Shown piece by piece: positions 42,567 to 51,879 of a stretch of DNA of 64,000 nucleotides. The translations under genes were made by a program, and so were the position numbers. The DNA lies in the NCBI GenBank assembly GCA_963791345.1, contig CAWBRS010000010.1, positions 38,656 through 102,655 on the forward strand. The letters are read 5' to 3'. The notes beneath the pieces were generated by a model, which was not told the origin of the DNA, searched no databases, and saw nothing but the letters and a program-made list of their open reading frames with translations. Position 1 is the first letter of the stretch, and each line of letters opens with the position of its first letter. The DNA is from an uncultured Thermoleophilia bacterium (GTDB lineage: Bacteria; Actinomycetota; Thermoleophilia; UBA2241).

Positions 42567-44197
42567 ATGGCAGACGAACCGTCCGTGTCGCCGACCGGCG
42601 GCGCGCCTCCAGGGGGCACGCCCGTCCATATCGACGAGGACACGAAGCAGCTGCACGAGATGGGCTACGCCCAGGAGCTCGACCGCCGCATGAGCGGCTT
42701 CTCCAACTTCGCCATCTCCTTCACGATCATCTCGATCCTGTCGGGCTGTCTGACCGTCTATCAATACGGCTTGCTGCACGGCGGCCCGCCGGTCATGACC
42801 TGGGGCTGGCTGGGCGTCGGTATAGTCGTGATCTTCGTCGGCATGTCGATGGCCGAGATCTGCTCGTCGTTCCCGACGGCCGGCGGCCTCTACTACTGGG
42901 CTGCCAAGCTGGCGCCCGGCAACAGCGCCCCGATCTGGTCGTGGTTCACCGGCTGGTTCAACCTCGTCGGGCAAGTCGCGGTCACCGCCGGCATCAGCTT
43001 CGGCTGCGCCTACTCGGTCTCGGCCTTCCTTGCCGAGTACACGGGCGACGCGGCCTGGTTCGACCCGGAGGCCACCATCGCCATCCTGGCCGTCATCCTC
43101 TTCGCACAGGGGTTGCTGAACACGTTCGGCATCAAGCTGGTGGCCCTTCTCAATGACATCTCGGTCTGGTGGCATCTCATCGGTGTGGCCGTCATCGTCG
43201 CCGTCCTGTACTGGGCGCCGGAGTCGGGCGAGCACCAGACCATGTCGTTCGTGTTCGGGAGCGAGGGCTGGAAGGCGTTCGAGGGCCTCTCTGGGTTCAC
43301 GGCGCCTGTCTACGTCGCTCTCCTCGGCCTGCTGAACGCGCAGTACACGTTCACCGGCTACGACGCCTCGGCCCACGTGTCCGAGGAGACGATCCGCGCG
43401 AACGTCCAGGCGGCGAAGGGGATCGTCAATTCGATCTGGGTGTCCTTGATCGCCGGTTTCGTCTTGCTCGTCGGCGTGAGCTGGGCGCTGCCGAAGACCT
43501 TCCCGGTCAGCTTCGGAGGGACCGAGTTCGCCTCCGTGTCCGATCTGTCCGTTGGTCATCACACCGTGGGCGGTGGCTTTCACGACCTCCGCCGGCCGGA
43601 CCATCGGCCTGCTGCTCATCCTGATCGTCATCGGGGCGCAGTTCTTCTGCGGCATGTCGTCCGTCACGGCCAACTCGCGCATGATCTACGCGTTCTCGCG
43701 GGACGGCGCCGTGCCAGGCTCGCAAGTTCTGGCACCACGTCAGCCCGAAGCGGCGCGTCCCCGTGCGCTCGGCCTGGTTCGGCGCCGTCGGCGCCTTCAT
43801 CCTCGCCCTCCCGTGGCTCTGGAGCGCCGTAGCCTACTTCGCCGTGGTCTCGATCGGGGTCATCGGGCTCTACGTCGCCTACCTGACGCCGGTGTTCCTG
43901 CGGCGCATCAACCCCAAGGCGTTCGTGCCCGGGCCCTACAAGCTCGGCTGGTACGGTCCGATCATCAACTGGATCGCCATCATCTGGGTGGTGTTCATCT
44001 GCATCATCTTCTGCCTGCCTCAGTACTCGCCCATCACAGCCTCGACCTTCAACTACACGCCGGTGGTCGTGGGCGTCGTCGTCGGCGGCGCTGGCCTCTG
44101 GTACGCGGTCTCGGCCCGCAAGTGGTTCAAGGGCCCGAAGGTCCAGGGTACTCCTGAGGAGCTCGCCGCGATCGAGCGCGAACTCACGGAGTTCTGA
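42567..44197 (+). pseudogene. APC-family amino acid/amine (GABA/choline-type) permease with two frameshifts (or assembly indels)
   Basis: Motifs are FSNFAISFTIISILSG, AEICSSFPTAGGLYYWA, and YTFTGYDASAHVSEE. It continues in frame +1 from ~43550 (VITPWAVAFTTSAGRTIGLL..ANSRMIYAFSRDGAVPGS) and in frame +2 from ~43722 (KFWHHVSPKRRVPVRSAWFGAV...). Confidence 0.8.
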
Positions 44198-44260
44198 GGG
44201 TAGCACGCAGTAGCACGACCGCCGTGTGAGCACGCCTCGCACGACGCGCACACCGCGGGA

Positions 44261-44296
44261 GCGGGCGGGGGAGGCGAAGCAGCCTCCCCCGCCCGC
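44261..44296 (+). terminator. GC-rich hairpin downstream of the permease
   Basis: GCGGGCGGGGGAGGC-gaagca-GCCTCCCCCGCCCGC is a perfect 15-bp stem, followed by TTCGTGCGT. Confidence 0.55.
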
Positions 44297-44321
44297 TTCG
44301 TGCGTCTGGTAGGCTCAGCTC

Positions 44322-45257
44322 ATGACGACGCAGGACGATCGGAGCGGCGGCCGGCCGCTGGTGATGTTCGACCACGACGGCGTCGTGGTCGACTCCTTCG
44401 CGGTGTTCGGGCCCGCCTTCGCGGCGGCCTGTGTCGAGGCCGGCATCCCCGGTGTGCGCACTCCCGACGACGTCCTCGAGCTGTTCGCCGGCAACGTCTA
44501 CGAGAGCCTGAGGGCTGCCGGCGCCGACGTGGGCCAGTCCCGGCGGGCGATGCGCGTCGCGGCCGAGGCACTCGAGCGGGAGCTGCCCCGACTGCGGCCG
44601 TTCCCCGGCATGACGGAGCTGCTGCGCGGCCTCAGCGCCGTGCATGACGTCGTCATCGTGACCTCGAACGCCGAGGGTCTCGTGAAGCGCTTCCTCGCCC
44701 GGCACGGGCTGGGCGACGGCGTCGCCGTGGCCGGCTTCGAGAGCGGCCGCAGCAAGGTCGAGAAGATCCGCGCGCTCGTCGAGTGTCACCCGGGGCAGGA
44801 TGTCTACTGGTTCGTGGCCGACACCGAAGGCGACATGCGCGAGGCGCGCCTCGCCGGAGCCACTCCCGTCGGCGTCGCCTGGGGGTGGCACGACGCCGCC
44901 CGCCTGCGCGCCGCCGGCGCCCACTGCGTGGCCGTCAGCGCCGGCGAGCTCCACCGGCTGCTCGCCGCCCGAGGACGCGGCCGGCTGATCGCCGACGGTG
45001 CGCCGGACGGAGGCGCTCGAGACCCGCGCGCCGACGGTCGGCCGAGGCGCGGCGGCCGGACGTGCTCGAAGCCGCCCAAGCACGGCCGGTCGACGGTCAG
45101 CGACGGCGCGGCGGGCGAAAATGCTCGAGGTCGCCGGGTCGCGGAACGTCGTCGGGGCGGACGTCGCTCGTCACCCGACGCCCCGTCGTGCCGCGCAGCG
45201 CGTAGCGCCCGTGCTCGACCTCCTCGAGGAGGGGCGAGTAGGCGATCCGGTTGCTGA
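44322..45257 (+). CDS. HAD-superfamily hydrolase (phosphoglycolate-phosphatase-like); 3' end uncertain
   Basis: Motif I is VMFDHDGVVVDS, motif II is IVTSN, and motif IV-like is VADTEGDMREA. The last ~90 codons are Arg/Gly-rich, unlike HAD proteins, and overlap the convergent gene by 161 nt. The true stop is probably earlier, or lost through an indel. Confidence 0.6.
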   Translation: MTTQDDRSGGRPLVMFDHDGVVVDSFAVFGPAFAAACVEAGIPGVRTPDDVLELFAGNVYESLRAAGADVGQSRRAMRVAAEALERELPRLRPFPGMTELLRGLSAVHDVVIVTSNAEGLVKRFLARHGLGDGVAVAGFESGRSKVEKIRALVECHPGQDVYWFVADTEGDMREARLAGATPVGVAWGWHDAARLRAAGAHCVAVSAGELHRLLAARGRGRLIADGAPDGGARDPRADGRPRRGGRTCSKPPKHGRSTVSDGAAGENARGRRVAERRRGGRRSSPDAPSCRAARSARARPPRGGASRRSGC

Positions 45258-46287
45258 AACTCGAGGGCTTCACGCCGCGGGCGCGACAGAGCCGTTCGAG
45301 CTCGCGGCGGTCGATGGGTGACCCGCGCTCCCTCAGCACGCTCACGAACACGAGCTCGGTGGCCTCGAGGACGGCCTCGGGCTGGAGGGGTTGGGCGGCG
45401 CGCACGTTGCGCCCGTCGACCGCGACCCCCGGGATGCGCTGGCAGAGCTCGGCGAGGACGTACTCGGGCATCACGAAGTCGCGCATGCGCTCGTCGCGGC
45501 GGACGCCGGCGTGCAGCTGGCCGACCTCGATCTCGCCGGCGACGCTGAGCACCTTGCGGACCCTCGTGACGACGGCGTTCCTGGCCACCGAGGGCAGGAA
45601 GAACCAGCCGGTGCGACGGTCGAGCCACACGAAGTCGTCGGGCTCGCTGACCACGGCGCACACGAGGTCTTCGTCGACCCAGGCGCCGACCCGGTTCGCG
45701 ACCCCTCCGGCGAGGTCGGCGATGCGGGCGGCTCCGGTGCGCCGCACCACGTCGTGAGCGGTGTCGACCACGGCGGCGACGAGCTGCCGCGTGTCGAGAG
45801 CCGGGTCGTCGGGGGAGGGGACGGCGACCTCGATGCCCCGGACGGTCGCACGCGTGAACGTGACTTCGCGACCGAGGAGCCGGGCGGCGTGAGCCAGGCC
45901 CGCCGGGTGGAACGGCAGCGCCGACACGTGCAGGTCGGCCAAGCGCCGCGCGAGGGCGCCGCTCGTGGTCGGCACGGCGTCGGCGGCCACGAGCAGCGCC
46001 TCGTCGAGCCGCGCCGCCGCCGGGGGGCCGCACGGCCCCCTGTCCGTCGGTCCGCCGCCCGCCGCCGGCTCGAGGCCCTCACGCAGGCGCGCCTCGACCC
46101 GGGCACACAGCTGCCGCGCGCGCTCGCGACTGAGGCCGCCGGCCTCGCGGCCGGCGGCCTCGAGGGTGACGCCGCCGCGGCCGTCCCAGCCCCAGTGGCG
46201 CACGGCGACGCGGGCGTCGCGCTCGGGGGCGACAGCCTCGGCGAGGCGCAGGAGCTCCTGCTCGAGCGTGGGCGGGGGAGAGGGCAT
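45097..46287 (-). CDS. Hypothetical protein with an N-terminal sigma-70 region-4-like HTH
   Basis: 396-aa ORF with high GC3. The N-terminus reads ..GREAGGLSRERARQLCARVEARL... No family was recognised beyond that. Confidence 0.5.
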   Translation of the reverse strand: MPSPPPTLEQELLRLAEAVAPERDARVAVRHWGWDGRGGVTLEAAGREAGGLSRERARQLCARVEARLREGLEPAAGGGPTDRGPCGPPAAARLDEALLVAADAVPTTSGALARRLADLHVSALPFHPAGLAHAARLLGREVTFTRATVRGIEVAVPSPDDPALDTRQLVAAVVDTAHDVVRRTGAARIADLAGGVANRVGAWVDEDLVCAVVSEPDDFVWLDRRTGWFFLPSVARNAVVTRVRKVLSVAGEIEVGQLHAGVRRDERMRDFVMPEYVLAELCQRIPGVAVDGRNVRAAQPLQPEAVLEATELVFVSVLRERGSPIDRRELERLCRARGVKPSSFSNRIAYSPLLEEVEHGRYALRGTTGRRVTSDVRPDDVPRPGDLEHFRPPRRR

Positions 46288-46456
46288 CGGGGCGGCTCCA
46301 CAGGTCGGACGGACGCGTACTGCGTGTCGCGCCTCTCAGGATGATCCTACAGCCTGGGCGTGTGCCCCGCGCAGGCCGGGATGCGACGCCGCCGGGCTTC
46401 ACAAGCCGTCTTCGTCGGCTATGATGCGGGGGACCGCACATCCCTGGGGGGCGACC

Positions 46457-47356
46457 GTGGCCGACGAGAAGGGCAAGAAGAAGCCGAGGGACTCCGCAGC
46501 CTCGCCGGCGTCGAGCGGTGACGGCCACGGCTGGCAGGTGGCGGGCGCGCCGCTCTCCGCCGACCGGACCGCGTCGGCGAAGAAGCTCGACCGCGAGGCC
46601 TACGAGCACGAGCTCGTGAGGCTGCAGGTCGAGCTCGTGAAGCTGCAGGAGTGGGTCAAGAAGGAAGGCCGCCGGGTGGCGGTCGTCTTCGAGGGCCGCG
46701 ACGCCGCCGGCAAGGGCGGCACGATCAAGCGCATCACCGAGCACCTCAACCCCCGCGTGGTGCGCATCGCCGCGCTGGCGTCGCCCAGCGACCGGGAGAA
46801 GACCGAGTGGTACTTCCAGCGCTACGTGCCCGAGCTGCCGGCGGCCGGCGAGGTCGTGCTCTTCGACCGCAGCTGGTACAACCGCGCCGGCGTCGAGCGG
46901 GTGATGGGCTTCGCCACCGAGGACCAGGTCTGGGAGTTCTTCCGCACCTGCCCCGAGTTCGAGCGCATGCTGATCCGCGACGGTCTCACGCTGCTCAAGT
47001 ACTGGTTCAGCGTGAGCGACGAGGAGCAGGAGCACCGCTTCCAGCAGCGGCTGAAGTCACCCCTGAAGATCTGGAAGCTCAGCCCGATGGACCTCGAGAG
47101 TCGCATGCGCTGGGTCGAGTACTCGAAGGCCAAGGACGACATGTTCTCCTACACGGACACGAAGGACTCGCCGTGGTGGGTCGTGAACGCCGACGACAAG
47201 CGCCGTGCCCGCCTCAATATGATCCACCACCTGCTCAGCATGGTCCCCTACGAGGACGTGGTGCCGCACGAGATAGAGTTGCCGCCGCGGCCCCCGGACA
47301 GAGGCTACGTGCGACCGCCGATCGAGTCGCAGACCTTCATCCCCGAGGTGTACTGA
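46457..47356 (+). CDS. ppk2: Polyphosphate kinase 2 (PPK2)
   Basis: Motifs are VVFEGRDAAGKGGTIKRI (Walker A), FDRSWYNRAGVERVMGF, and KIWKLSPMDLESR. The start is uncertain: GTG 46457 or ATG 46421/46424. Confidence 0.85.
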   Translation: MADEKGKKKPRDSAASPASSGDGHGWQVAGAPLSADRTASAKKLDREAYEHELVRLQVELVKLQEWVKKEGRRVAVVFEGRDAAGKGGTIKRITEHLNPRVVRIAALASPSDREKTEWYFQRYVPELPAAGEVVLFDRSWYNRAGVERVMGFATEDQVWEFFRTCPEFERMLIRDGLTLLKYWFSVSDEEQEHRFQQRLKSPLKIWKLSPMDLESRMRWVEYSKAKDDMFSYTDTKDSPWWVVNADDKRRARLNMIHHLLSMVPYEDVVPHEIELPPRPPDRGYVRPPIESQTFIPEVY

Positions 47357-47431
47357 CGCCCAAGCTCTGACGGGCGTGACGCCGTGCGCCGGCTGAGCGG
47401 GCGCCCGGCGGGCCGGCGGCTCGACGGAGGA

Positions 47432-47668
47432 TCAGTCGCGCCGCGGCCCGCGTAGCTCGCGCTCGGCAAGGAGGCCGGCGATGATGCCGGCGACGCGATA
47501 CGTGAGCGCGTCGCCGGCGATGTCGTCGGGATCGGGCAGATAGCGGCGGACGAGCTCGTGCAGAGCCTCGACACTCGCCGGGCGCGTGTGGCAGGGCAAC
47601 AGCTCGGGCGCCTCGAGGACCCAGGCGAGCCCGTCGTCGACGGGCACCGTCACGCGCCGCTGCGCCAT
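47432..47668 (-). CDS. Small hypothetical protein (78 aa)
   Basis: ATG 47668 is preceded by a near-perfect RBS (AAGGAGG, 6 nt upstream). No family was recognised. Confidence 0.4.
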   Translation of the reverse strand: MAQRRVTVPVDDGLAWVLEAPELLPCHTRPASVEALHELVRRYLPDPDDIAGDALTYRVAGIIAGLLAERELRGPRRD

Positions 47669-48110
47669 GCCAGACCTCCTTGCCGTGAGCCTCGTCGCAG
47701 GCGACGGGCGACCCCTCGAAGTCGACGCCGCCGCCGGACGGGAGGACTGGTCTGCAGCGACCGGCTCCGGAGCGGCGAGGAGCTGCACGCTCGGGCCGGC
47801 GACGGCGTCGCCCGTCAAGGTAGCACGGCGGGCGGACAGATGTTCGGTCGTCCCGGGCGCTGCATGGGGTCTCCCGGCGGCGCGAGCGACAGGCCGCCGT
47901 GTGCGGCGGGCGAGGGCCGCGCGAGCAGGCCGGCGAAAGGGGGAGGCGGCGGGCCATGATCGACGCCGCCGCCTCAGGGGGGTACCGAGCGAGGGTTTCG
48001 ACGCTTACGGCGGCGTTCCTTCAGGCCGTGTGCATCTGTCGGTCGCGCGGCTGAGGGGGCGGCTCGGGCGCGCCGGCCCGCGGGCGACACGCCGGCTTCG
48101 GTCGTGGCGC

Positions 48111-48293
48111 TCACTCCTGACGGAGTGGCACCACCAGCACCGGCACGGGGCTGCGATGCACGATCCGGTGGGCGGGGGAGCCCAGGATGGCCCCTGAGAG
48201 GGCGTCCTCGCCGTGCGAGCCGATGACGATCATGTCGGCGGAGTACGTCTCGACGGCCTGCAGGAGTGCCGCAACCGCGCCGCCCTGGCTCAC
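48111..48293 (-). pseudogene. Universal stress protein (UspA family), C-terminal fragment only
   Basis: ..VETYSADMIVIGSHGEDALSGAILGSPAHRIVHRSPVPVLVVP is the USP C-terminal ATP-binding half. An in-frame TGA lies 17 codons upstream of the GTG, and the N-terminal half is absent. Confidence 0.6.
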
Positions 48294-48359
48294 GGCCGTC
48301 TCCGCCGCGATACCCGCCTGCTCCAGCCTGCGCGGCTCGTCAGTCGCGCGGCCGCCCGG

Positions 48360-51300
48360 TCAATACACGACGAGCGTGTTGCGGCCGACGTAGCTCTGCG
48401 TGTTGCCGGCCGGGTCGGTGCCGTAGACGTAGAAGCGGTATGTGCCCTTTGCCAGGCCGCACTTCCAGCGGTACCCGAGCAGCACGTTCACCTTCTTGCT
48501 GCCGAGGAGGAACGTCCTGACCACGCTGTCGTCCAGCTTCTTGACCTTGATCGTCACCTTGGCGGTGCCGGCGTTGGGCAGGGCGTCCTTCACCTTGTAC
48601 TTGAGCGTCACGTACTCGTACTGCTTCACCGTAGCCTTGTACGGCGCCGCGGTGACCGGCTGCTGCGTGTCGATGCGCACCTCCGCCGAGTGGTAGGACT
48701 CGACGTTGCCGAGCGTGTCGGCCGAGCGGTAGTCCACACGATTGAGGCCGTCGTTCGTCCCGTCCAGAGGCGCCTCCACGACGGCCTCGATGCCGTCCTG
48801 CCAGTCGCCGTCGTCGTGGCGGAACTGAGTGACCCCGACGCCCGACGGGTCGGTCGCGCCGAACGCGAGCGGCACGGCCACGTTGTACCAGCGATCGACG
48901 ACGGGAGTCGCCGCCGTGTGCGGCGGCAGCAGGTCGTCGACGCCGTCCCCCGGCCAGAGACGCAGAGCCGCGCCGTCCAGCCCGGCGGCCCAACCGTAGC
49001 CCTCCGACTGCATCGTCACACCGCGCAGAGCCGGCGGGGTCCAACCGAGATCCTGAAGGATCCACGTCACGCCTCCGTCGACCGTCTTGAGGACCGTGCC
49101 GCCGTCACCGACGATCCAGCCCAGCTCCGCGCCGACGAACTCGACGTCCCAGAGGTCGGCGACGGTGGGCACGCCGACGTGCTCCCAGGTACTGCCGCCG
49201 TCGAGGGTGCGCAGGACCGTGCCGTTGCGGCCGACGGCCCATCCCCACTGCGAGGTGAGGCCGGTGACCGCCTCGAGGTGCTCGGTCGTGCCCGATACCT
49301 GGAGCCGCCAGCCGGCCCCGGCGTTCGCCGTGGCGAAGATCTGCCCGCTTTGGCCGACGCCCCACCCACGCAGCGGGGTGACGAAATCGACGTCACGCAG
49401 CCAGACGACGTCGGCGAGGCCGGACGTCTGGTGTCGCCACGTCGCGCCGCCGTCCGAGGTGCGGAAGACGCCTTCGCGTCCGACGGCGACGGCTCGGGTC
49501 GCGTCGACGACGTCGATGCCGTTCAGGGCCACTGAAGTGCCGGAGGTCAGCTTGACCCAGCTGGCGCCCGCGTCCTTTGTCCGCAGGATGCGGCCGCTGA
49601 GGCCGACGGCGTAGCCGAAGGAGCCGTCCAGGAAGTCGACGCCGCGCAGGTCGTTGATGACACCCGTCTTCTGCGTCGCCCAGTCGCCTCCGCCGTCGGC
49701 GGTCGCGACCATCGTGCCGTCGTCACCGGCGGCCCATGCGCCTTGCTCGCCCGAGCCGGCGACGTCCCAGAGGGCGAGGGTCGTGCCCGTCAGCTGGGCG
49801 AGCCAGCCGCCCTGCTCGACGGGCGTGCCGTAGATCGTGAACACGGCGTCCGATTCGTCGGCGCCGGTGGCCGTCGTCACGCGGACCTTGGCGAGCGGCG
49901 TCGAGTCGGCCGCGACGACCCAGGGCTGAGTGCCGTCGTTGGCCGTATCGGCGGCGATGGTCACCGGGTAGGTCGCGCCGCCGTCGAGGCTGAGCTCGAT
50001 GGTCGCCGTCCCGTTGCCGTCACCCGTCCAGGTGACGGTCTGCGGGGAGCCGATCGGCCAGCTCTCGCCGCCGTTCGGGGCCGTGACCTCGGGCGCCACG
50101 GGGCCGGTGCCCTGGGTGTAGGCCTTGAGGCAGACGTTCGAGTCCGCGAGGAAGTCCGTGACCAAGTCGTTCCACGTCGTGCCGTCCGCCGAGAAGTAGC
50201 TCTGCCCGGCCGCCGCGCTCGCGTCGCTCGAGTAGTCCCGCAACGGGATCTCGACCACGATCGGCGCCACCCACGAGCCGTCGAAGAACGGCACCGTCAG
50301 CTCGACGGCGACGATGAACGGCTGGCCCGCGGTCAGGTCCATCGGCGTGCCCAGCTGGATCGTGTGGTAGCCGAAGTCGCTGAGCGTGCCGCTGGCCTTG
50401 AGCTGCTTCGTGGCCAGGGTGGCGCCGGCGTAGACCTGGTAGGTCGCGTCCGGCGCCGGCGAGTAGAACCCGACCGCGCTGAGCTGCTCGTCGTCAGTGG
50501 CGGTGAACTTGTTGGCGAACCAGGCCGTCTCGTCGCCCGAGAAGCCCACCGATGAGACGTAGCCCAGGGGGTCGTACTGGTAGACGCGGGCGTAGTTGTC
50601 GGTCGGCTGCAGCCTGCCTGAAGACGGCGTTCGTCGCGTAGGCGAACTCGGCGTCGTAGTAGGACACGTAGAAGTAGCCGGCGTCGCCCCACGCGGAGCC
50701 CCAGCTGTTGCGCACGATGAAGGCGCCGTCGCCGGGCGGCTGGTCGTGAGCGGGAAGTTGGTGCGGCTGTAGGTGTCGTCCCAGCCGACGAGAGTGACGC
50801 CATGGTTGGCCGCGGCGGTGCCGCCGTAGTAGTAGGCGTCGGTCGCGTCGTTCCAGTAGCCCGGCATCTCGCTCATGTACATGCTGGTGGCCACGGCGCC
50901 GTACGTGGTGAGCGCGTACTTGAGGTCGTCGTTCGCGGTCGCACTGGCGCGCGGCGGCATCATCACTACCTGCTGCACGTGCTTCTGCAGGGTCAGCGTC
51001 GACGGGTCGGGGTGCACGCCGTCGGCGTAGGCGTCCTGCTCCTCGGTGAAGGGGCCGCGCCAGCGCAGCAGGTACGCAGCGGCCATCATCGGGTTGCCGC
51101 CCTCGTCCCACCTCCAGTCGAAGTCGTGGAAGTACACCATGTTGTCCTCGGAGAAGTCCCAGACCTCGCCGGGCATCAGGCTGGACTCGAGGGAGCCGTA
51201 GGCGGCGAACGCCCAGCAGGTGCCGTAGTGCCCCTGGTCCTTCGGACCGGCGTGAGCCTGCCCAGCGTGCGCAGGTCGAAGGAGGCCGCGTAGGTCAGGA

Positions 51301-51568
51301 GCTCGGGGCTGACCTGCGCGCCCTGCAGCTCGGTGAAGTCGACCGGGCCGAGGCGGAGGCCGGTGCCGTGGTCGCCGGTGCTGAGCGGGGGCGGCCCGAG
51401 GACGGTGTCGGTGGAGGAGTCGGTCGTGAGCTCGAGCGTGGCCGCCGCGCTCGGCATCGCGACGGCGGCCAGGAGGGCGAGCGCGGCGAAGGTCAGGGCC
51501 AAGGCCACGAAGACGAGGCGGACGGAGACGCATCGTCCGCCGCGCGGACACAGCACTGGCACCGACAT
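48360..51568 (-). pseudogene. Large secreted multidomain protein: signal peptide, C1 (papain-like) cysteine peptidase, beta-sandwich region, BNR/Ycf48-like beta-propeller and Ig-like C-terminus; three frameshifts (or assembly indels)
   Basis: ATG 51568 with a signal peptide (VRLVFVALALTFAALALLAAVAMPSAAA). C1 motifs are KDQGHYGTCWAFAA and NHGVTLVGWDD, plus NSWGSAWGDAGYFYVSYYD in another frame. Six or more Asp-box repeats are present (TADGGGDW, TKDAGASW, TSDGGATW, TLDGGSTW, TVDGGVTW). Frame changes occur at ~51241-51246, ~50740 and ~50615-50622. Confidence 0.75.
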
Positions 51569-51879
51569 GGGACCCCCTCTTCCGCCCGATCCGCGGGCGG
51601 GCGCCGACGTTGAGTGCACCCGGACTGACTTTACGGAGTATGCTACTCCTGCATCGGCAGGATGGCGAGCCGGCTACACGTCCGCCGGCCCGCGAACGTC
51701 ACCGTGATTGGCGACGGGCGCCGGCGTGTGGCGTCGAAAGGGGCGCCCGCCGGCGGCCGTGAGATCGGGCAGGGGAGCGCCGGTCGCCGTTGAAGACCGG
51801 AGCGCCGGCGCTCGTCGGGCCCGGTGTCGTCTCGGCAGACGAAGCCGCGGGCTGGACAGCGGCCGCGCGTCGGGGCACC

